Part shown: in pieces, positions 58,433-64,000 of the stretch
How the letters are laid out: each line of letters opens with the position of its first letter
Numbering within the stretch: the stretch's first letter is position 1
Translations under genes and position numbers: made by a program
From: an uncultured Bacteroidota bacterium
GTDB taxonomy: Bacteria > Bacteroidota > Ignavibacteria > UBA10030 > UBA6906
Direction of reading: 5' to 3'
Assembly: GCA_963700635.1 (NCBI GenBank)
Contig: CAVOYH010000003.1
Coordinates: 1,088,001 to 1,152,000, forward strand
Length of the DNA: 64,000 bases
The notes under the pieces: model-generated
The model's database searches: none
Told to the model about the DNA's origin: nothing
The model's input: the letters and a program-made list of their open reading frames with translations, nothing else

Positions 58433-59245
58433 ATGGAGGAGCGGCGTGACGTGTTCTACCGCCAGCTGGTGAAGGTGCGCCGCCGTGCGGGTGAAACGGC
58501 AATCCACGATCTGCGTGTTGCGCTGCGCCGCCTGATTGCAGCAATCAATCTTGCAGAAGAGGTCGTGCCGCGTACCCGCATCCCCAAAGTTCGCCGATCT
58601 CTCCGCAGAGCGCTCAAGCAGTTTAATGCGATCCGGGATGTGCACATCGCCCTGCTCGCGATAAAAAGAATCCAGCGCCCATCGCCGCCCGTCCGCTCGT
58701 ACAGTCTCTCGCTGCGCAGGAAAGAACGGACGTTACTACGGGAGTGCGCTGCATTTCTCCGGTCAATGAACGTGCAGGACATCGACCGTGAACTTGCCGC
58801 AGTCCAGCAGTCGTTGCTGGTGATGAGCACGGATCGGGTACTTGATGCGGCAGCTGCTGCAATCATGAAAGGCACTCTGGCCAGGGACTTTTCACATGCG
58901 GTACGGCTGCAGAAGGCTGTGACGGCGTCCGATCCTTCAAGTGTGCACCGGCTTCGTGTAGCATTCAAAAAAGTCCGTTATGCGTCCGAAGTACTTGCAC
59001 CGTTACTCCCCTGGATAACGCGGAGCCGGCGCAAGTGGATGCAGGCCTATCAGACTTCGATGGGGGATGTACAGGATAGTGAGGTGAAGATCGCCAGTGT
59101 GCAGCAGTTCGCCTCAACACCCTCAATCCGCAATCGTGTTTCCGTGTTACCCCTTCTGGAGACGCTCGCCCGCGAAAAGCGGGAACGAATGGAAGCGTTT
59201 ATGCAGAGGGCGGGGGAACTGGATGCATTCTGGGATGAGGCATAG
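58433..59245 (+). CDS. CHAD domain protein (polyphosphate-binding); start uncertain
   Basis: 'IHDLRVALRRL', 'IRDVH', 'VHRLRVAFKKVRYA', 'QTSMGDVQD'. Confidence 0.88.
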   Translation: MEERRDVFYRQLVKVRRRAGETAIHDLRVALRRLIAAINLAEEVVPRTRIPKVRRSLRRALKQFNAIRDVHIALLAIKRIQRPSPPVRSYSLSLRRKERTLLRECAAFLRSMNVQDIDRELAAVQQSLLVMSTDRVLDAAAAAIMKGTLARDFSHAVRLQKAVTASDPSSVHRLRVAFKKVRYASEVLAPLLPWITRSRRKWMQAYQTSMGDVQDSEVKIASVQQFASTPSIRNRVSVLPLLETLAREKRERMEAFMQRAGELDAFWDEA

Positions 59246-60317
59246 GGGAACCGTACGCCGGAACCTGCAGAGAAGTTTCCCCCGTTTCCAGTTCAAGCAA
59301 TCGCTGTTTCCGCCACAAGCCTCCGCCGTAGCCACCGAGAGTTCCGCCTTTCTTAACCACGCGGTGACAGGGAATGATTATGGCGATGCGGTTGAGGCCG
59401 TTTGCATGCCCGACCGCGCGCTGGCCCCGGGGCGCCTTGATCCGGTCTGCAAGTTCTTCGTAGGAAATCGTTTTGCCGTAGGGGATCTTCAGGAGTCCCT
59501 TCCACACGCGTCTCTGAAATTCACTGCCCGGGAACTCCAGGGGGACGGTAAAACGTTTGAGCGTGCCGCTAAAATACCGGACGAGTTCATCGCGCACCGA
59601 GCGGAGTATCGGATTGTCTCCGGGAACAATCGGACGTTTGAAGAGCTTCCGGAGGGATACAAATTGGGCTTCCAGCATCCTGCGATCCGTGAATTCAAGC
59701 AAGACCAGGTGTTTGTCAGTCGCCCCGGCGATGAGCGGGCCCAGCGGGCTCTCGATCCATGTGACAAGAAGACATTCCGTCCGCCTTGCTTTTCCCGGCG
59801 GTGCACCGAACGTCCGGGAGAAGGCCTCCCGGAATCCACTGTGGGATTCATAACCATGGCCCAGGGTCACGTCGTCGAGGCTCCGGCCTTTCCGTATTTG
59901 TTCGAGCGCATTGCCCAGCCTTCTCCCCCGACAATATGCCTGAAACGTCATACCGTAGTTTTTCTGGAAGTAGCGCCGTGCGCGGGCGGGGTCAAGGCCC
60001 AGGGTGCGTATGGTCGCGTCTGATATACGCTGGCTGGAGGAGCGGTCCACGCGCGCGAGCAGTCGCCGGACCCAGTGGGGTGGTTCGCCTGCGGCGCTCA
60101 TCGGGTTGCACCGTTTACAGGGGCGATAGCCGGCAAACACGGCTTCGCGGGCCGTGGCAAAATAATCGACATTTTTCGGGAGGGGTTTACGCGCTCCGCA
60201 GGATGGTCTGCAGAATATTCCCGTGGTGCGGACGCCGAGAAAAAAGACACCATCATAGGTGACGTCGCTGTGCAGATAGGCGCGTTTCATTTCCGGGCGT
60301 GTTGGCAGTGTTGGCAT
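59199..60317 (-). CDS. ada: Bifunctional Ada regulator / O6-methylguanine-DNA methyltransferase
   Basis: 'TTGIFCRPSC', 'RPCKRC', AraC-type HTH, 'IPYGKTISY', 'IPCHRV'. Confidence 0.93.
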   Translation of the reverse strand: MPTLPTRPEMKRAYLHSDVTYDGVFFLGVRTTGIFCRPSCGARKPLPKNVDYFATAREAVFAGYRPCKRCNPMSAAGEPPHWVRRLLARVDRSSSQRISDATIRTLGLDPARARRYFQKNYGMTFQAYCRGRRLGNALEQIRKGRSLDDVTLGHGYESHSGFREAFSRTFGAPPGKARRTECLLVTWIESPLGPLIAGATDKHLVLLEFTDRRMLEAQFVSLRKLFKRPIVPGDNPILRSVRDELVRYFSGTLKRFTVPLEFPGSEFQRRVWKGLLKIPYGKTISYEELADRIKAPRGQRAVGHANGLNRIAIIIPCHRVVKKGGTLGGYGGGLWRKQRLLELETGETSLQVPAYGSPMPHPRMHPVPPPSA

Positions 60318-60635
60318 ACCTCTCTCTCCTTGAGTTCTGAAACGGGGCACCTGGCCGCAAACCCCGCTGATGTTCAGACCAACAATCGGCCCTGAGCCAG
60401 CGGGGTGAATACAGGATACTGTTCCGGGCGGCCAGAGTCCACCGATAAATGTACAACAATGTTCAAAAGGGATTCCACGCGGGTTAACCAAAATGGCGGT
60501 AGGTGTGTCTAATGGGTGTACCGGTGGATCAAATGGGATACCTGCACGACGCGTGGCTTCTTTGATTTCACCCGCCATTTTTGTAAATTTCACGTTCGAT
60601 TGTACAACATATTCCCTGTGACACCTGGAGGCTCC

Positions 60636-61625
60636 ATGGCATTCGACATCAAGGCCATCAATGAAAAAATCCAGCGCGAAAGCGCTTTTGTTGACATTCT
60701 GCAGGCTGAACTCGGGAAGGTCATCGTCGGCCAGAAATACATGGTTGAACGCCTCCTTGTCGGGCTCCTCTCGAACGGCCACATTCTTCTGGAAGGGGTG
60801 CCCGGGCTTGCAAAGACCCTGAGCGTCAAAACCCTGGCCGCCGCCATCCACGCAAAATTCCAGCGTATTCAGTTCACTCCTGACCTGCTTCCGGCCGATC
60901 TGGTCGGCACCATGATCTACAATCAGAAAGATGCCTCCTTCCAGACCAAAAAAGGACCGATATTCGCCAATTTTATTCTGGCCGATGAAATCAACCGCTC
61001 GCCTGCCAAAGTCCAGAGCGCTCTTCTCGAAGCAATGCAGGAGCGCCAGGTGACAATCGGCGAGAACACCTACAAACTTCCGGAGCCGTTTCTTGTCCTT
61101 GCCACACAGAACCCGATCGAACAGGAAGGGACCTATCCGCTTCCGGAGGCGCAGGTGGACCGGTTCATGCTCAAAGTGAAGATTGGATATCCGTCGAAAG
61201 AGGAGGAACTGCAGATCATGCGGACGAATGTGAGCGGACTTGTGGCAGTGCCCACGGCGGTTGTGAAGACCGATGACATCATTCGCGCACGGGCTGCGGT
61301 GGGTGAGATCTATATGGATGAGAAAATCGAGAAATACATCCTCGACATAGTTTTTGCGACACGGTCACCCAAGCAGTACAACCTGGCCAACCTGACGCAG
61401 CTTATCAGTTACGGTGCTTCACCCCGGGCGTCGATCAATCTTGCCCTTGGAGCGAAGGCTTACGCATTCATCAAACGCCGCGGCTACGTCATCCCTGAGG
61501 ATGTGCGTGCCGTGAGTCTCGACGTCCTCCGGCATCGTGTGGCGGTGACTTACGAAGCCGAAGCGGAAGAAGTGACGTCGGAACAGGTGGTGCAGGAAGT
61601 TTTGAACAAAATCGAAGTGCCATAA
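60636..61625 (+). CDS. moxR: MoxR family AAA+ ATPase
   Basis: 'LEGVPGLAKT', 'RIQFTPDLLPAD', 'ADEINR', 'ATQNPIEQEGTYPLPEAQ', 'GASPRA'. Confidence 0.95.
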   Translation: MAFDIKAINEKIQRESAFVDILQAELGKVIVGQKYMVERLLVGLLSNGHILLEGVPGLAKTLSVKTLAAAIHAKFQRIQFTPDLLPADLVGTMIYNQKDASFQTKKGPIFANFILADEINRSPAKVQSALLEAMQERQVTIGENTYKLPEPFLVLATQNPIEQEGTYPLPEAQVDRFMLKVKIGYPSKEEELQIMRTNVSGLVAVPTAVVKTDDIIRARAAVGEIYMDEKIEKYILDIVFATRSPKQYNLANLTQLISYGASPRASINLALGAKAYAFIKRRGYVIPEDVRAVSLDVLRHRVAVTYEAEAEEVTSEQVVQEVLNKIEVP

Positions 61626-61683
61626 GAGAATAACGACGGGCCGAGAGACGCAACAGGCGGTCTTTTTCAGCCCGGTCTTCCCC

Positions 61684-62559
61684 ATGGACACACGAGAACT
61701 TCTCAAAAAGGTCCGGCAGATCGAGATCAAGACCCGCGGTCTTGTGAACCAGATCTTCTCCGGCGAATACCACTCCGTCTTCAAGGGACGGGGGATGGAA
61801 TTTTCCGAGGTGCGCGAGTATCAGTATGGCGACGATATCCGGAGCATCGACTGGAACGTCTCGGCACGCCTCAACCATCCTTTTGTCAAGATCTTCGAAG
61901 AGGAACGGGAACTGACGGTGATGCTGGTTGTGGATTTCAGCAGGTCGGGTCAGTTCGGCAGCGCGCAGTCGATGAAGATCGAGATCGCGGCCGAAATCTG
62001 TGCGGTGCTGGCGTTCTCCGCCATCAAGAACAATGACAAGGTCGGTCTTATCCTCTTTACCGACCGGATCGAGAAGTTTGTTCCTCCGAAAAAGGGGCGT
62101 GCACACATCCTGCGTATTATCCGCGAACTCCTTTCCTTCGAAGCGGTCGGAACCGGTACCAGCATACGGAGTGCGCTGGAATATCTGAATCACGTCCACA
62201 AAAAGCGCGCTATTGCTTTTTTGATATCCGATTTTATTGACGAGGGGTACGACCAGATCCTCCGCATCATCAGCCGCAAGCACGATATGATCGCGGTGGA
62301 GCTTGTGGATCCACGGGAAGAGATTCTTCCTGATGCCGGGTTGATCAAGTTCAAAGATGCAGAAACCGGCAACGAACGGTGGGTGGATACCGCCGATCAT
62401 GCCGTCCGCGCAGCATTTGTCCAGTACTGGAAGGAACGAAAAGAACGGCGACGTAGTCTCTTTCTCCGGAGTAAGGTCGACGCAATCCCCGTGCGGATCG
62501 ATCGTCCGTACATTAAGCCGATTGTCGATTTCTTCAAACTCCGGGAGAGCAGGTTGTGA
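61684..62559 (+). CDS. DUF58 domain protein
   Basis: 'GEYHSVFKGRGMEFSEVREYQYGDDIRSIDWNVSAR', 'ISDF'. Confidence 0.93.
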   Translation: MDTRELLKKVRQIEIKTRGLVNQIFSGEYHSVFKGRGMEFSEVREYQYGDDIRSIDWNVSARLNHPFVKIFEEERELTVMLVVDFSRSGQFGSAQSMKIEIAAEICAVLAFSAIKNNDKVGLILFTDRIEKFVPPKKGRAHILRIIRELLSFEAVGTGTSIRSALEYLNHVHKKRAIAFLISDFIDEGYDQILRIISRKHDMIAVELVDPREEILPDAGLIKFKDAETGNERWVDTADHAVRAAFVQYWKERKERRRSLFLRSKVDAIPVRIDRPYIKPIVDFFKLRESRL

Positions 62560-63533
62560 TGCGCAGATCCCGTGGTGCAGGTCTTCAGATTGTCGCCGCA
62601 CTGTTGCTGGTGTGTTCCTTCGCGTCCGTTCACGCACAGGGGGTGTCTGCGCGGGCACGGTTGGACTCCACCGAGTATCTGCTCGGTGACAGAATTGTGG
62701 TCCGGGTGGATCTACGCCATCGGTCCGGACTCACCATTTCGCCTCTGGTGAGCGACACCATCGGGGGATTTACGGTCCTGGGACAGTCCGGTGTTCAGAG
62801 AGTCACAGATTCCACCAGTCGGGCGGAATTTGTGCTGGCAAAGTACGATTCAGGCGATGCAGTCATTCCCCCGCTTCCGTTCCTTTACTTCATGCCGGGA
62901 GATACAGCGTCACATGTCGCAACATCAAACCCGTTGCGCGTCCTGGTAAATACCGTGCCGCCTGATACAGGCGAAGACATCAAAGACGTCAAGCCGGTGA
63001 TGTCGCTCCCGCTGACCTGGGAAGATATCCTTCTGTACGCGGGAATCCTTCTTGCAGTGATTGGTCTGGGGTACGCCGCGTACTGGTTCTGGAAGCGGCG
63101 GAAGACCGGAGGTGGGGCCGATGGCTATCTTCCGCCGGCGCGGCCCGCGCACATGATTGCCATGGAAGAACTGGGCCGGCTGAAAACGAAAAAACTCTGG
63201 CAGCAGGGGGAAGTAAAACAGTACTATTCAGAACTGACGGAAATCCTCCGGCGGTATTTTGAGAACCGGTACAGACTTCCGGCTCTTGAAGAGACAACAG
63301 ATGAGATCATGGCCGGACTCCAGCGACTGCGGCCCGGTCCGGAGCTGCTCACCAGCACGGAAACAGTGCTGCGCAGAGCCGATCTTGTCAAGTTTGCAAA
63401 ACATCATCCCGCCGTGACCGAACATGAAGAGTCGCTGGCGGCGGTGTACACATTTGTCGACCGGACAAAGATTGTGGAGATGACGCCGGTGGAAGCCCCG
63501 GCGGTGAAGGACGGAAAGCATGTGGCATCCTAA
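62556..63533 (+). CDS. Bat-operon membrane protein (BatD-like/DUF4381-like)
   Basis: Signal peptide, Ig-like region, 'DIKDVKP', TM helix, 'ALEETTDE', 'ADLVKFAK'. Confidence 0.75.
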   Translation: MMRRSRGAGLQIVAALLLVCSFASVHAQGVSARARLDSTEYLLGDRIVVRVDLRHRSGLTISPLVSDTIGGFTVLGQSGVQRVTDSTSRAEFVLAKYDSGDAVIPPLPFLYFMPGDTASHVATSNPLRVLVNTVPPDTGEDIKDVKPVMSLPLTWEDILLYAGILLAVIGLGYAAYWFWKRRKTGGGADGYLPPARPAHMIAMEELGRLKTKKLWQQGEVKQYYSELTEILRRYFENRYRLPALEETTDEIMAGLQRLRPGPELLTSTETVLRRADLVKFAKHHPAVTEHEESLAAVYTFVDRTKIVEMTPVEAPAVKDGKHVAS

Positions 63534-64000
63534 CACCACCTTTGCGAATCCTGAATTCCTCTGGGGGTTGATCCTGATACCCCTGCTGGTGTACTGGTAT
63601 GTGCGCCGCCACGCAAGGATGAGCAGTGATCTGCGGTACTCCACGCTTGCGGCATTTGAAAACGCCAGACCGACGTGGCGTGAACGCATGCGCCACCTGC
63701 CCATGGTATTCAGGATGATCATCCTCGGATCGATTCTCGTCGGGCTGGCCCGCCCGCAGACGACTTCCCAGGGTGAAAATATTTATACCGAAGGAATCGA
63801 CATCGCACTGCTTCTGGATATCAGCGGCAGTATGCTCGCCGAAGACTTTCACCCGAACCGGATTCAGGCGGCGAAAGCGGTCGCCGAAGAATTTGTGAAC
63901 GGGCGTGCCAACGATCGTATCGGCCTTGTGATCTTTGCCGGACAGAGTTTCACCCAGTGTCCGATGACCCTTGACTACCGGGTTTTAAACGGACTCTTGA
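63520..64000 (+). CDS. batA: BatA VWA domain protein (partial, runs off window)
   Basis: Manual translation: 'FANPEFLWGL...LARPQ...EGIDIALLLDISGSMLAEDFHPNRI...DRIGLVIFAG..FTQCPMTLDY'. Confidence 0.9.
   Translation, partial: MWHPNTTFANPEFLWGLILIPLLVYWYVRRHARMSSDLRYSTLAAFENARPTWRERMRHLPMVFRMIILGSILVGLARPQTTSQGENIYTEGIDIALLLDISGSMLAEDFHPNRIQAAKAVAEEFVNGRANDRIGLVIFAGQSFTQCPMTLDYRVLNGLL

Noticed and set aside
60318-60851. N-terminal extension of the 550-aa Ada ORF
   Set aside because: It is antisense to moxR and its promoter; Ada similarity starts at the ATG at 60317, which has an AG-rich RBS.
1-64000. CRISPR array, tRNA or rRNA genes
   Set aside because: No regularly spaced repeats or recognisable structural RNA sequences were seen by eye, and intergenic gaps are short. 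A covariance-model scan was not possible.
60636-64000. MoxR-DUF58-Bat cluster as a novel system
   Set aside because: It matches the well-described Bacteroides aerotolerance (Bat) operon layout.

Overview
Bacterial chromosomal DNA, mostly moderately GC-rich. It looks Bacteroidota/Ignavibacteria-like (inferred from two T9SS-type 'PNPFN' C-terminal sorting domains, a MoxR-DUF58-BatA operon and a DUF3857 gene pair). The first ~19 kb is mosaic and damaged, with many frameshifts and abrupt mid-gene junctions. It holds a metal-uptake cluster (porin, SBP, permease, DUF89, FeoA-FeoB fusion), an IS3 fragment, an AT-rich MacAB-type block with an internal deletion, an inverted ADP-ribosylglycohydrolase fragment, a Rieske/cytochrome b/multiheme cytochrome c operon, and an sdpRI-like locus whose centre is replaced by a group II intron RT fragment. 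Much of this damage may be read or assembly artefact. From ~18.9 kb on, genes are mostly intact housekeeping and secreted-enzyme genes: peptidases S9/M3/C69, nagA, an archaeal-type thymidylate synthase, rubrerythrin, xylB, fba, aguBA, ychF, ppx-CHAD, ada and the Bat operon. The most notable element is an intact 7-heme cytochrome c carrying a T9SS-type C-terminal domain (32592-34094). Next is a GNAT-nitrilase fusion whose catalytic Cys is replaced by Gly. No rRNA, tRNA or CRISPR array was seen.
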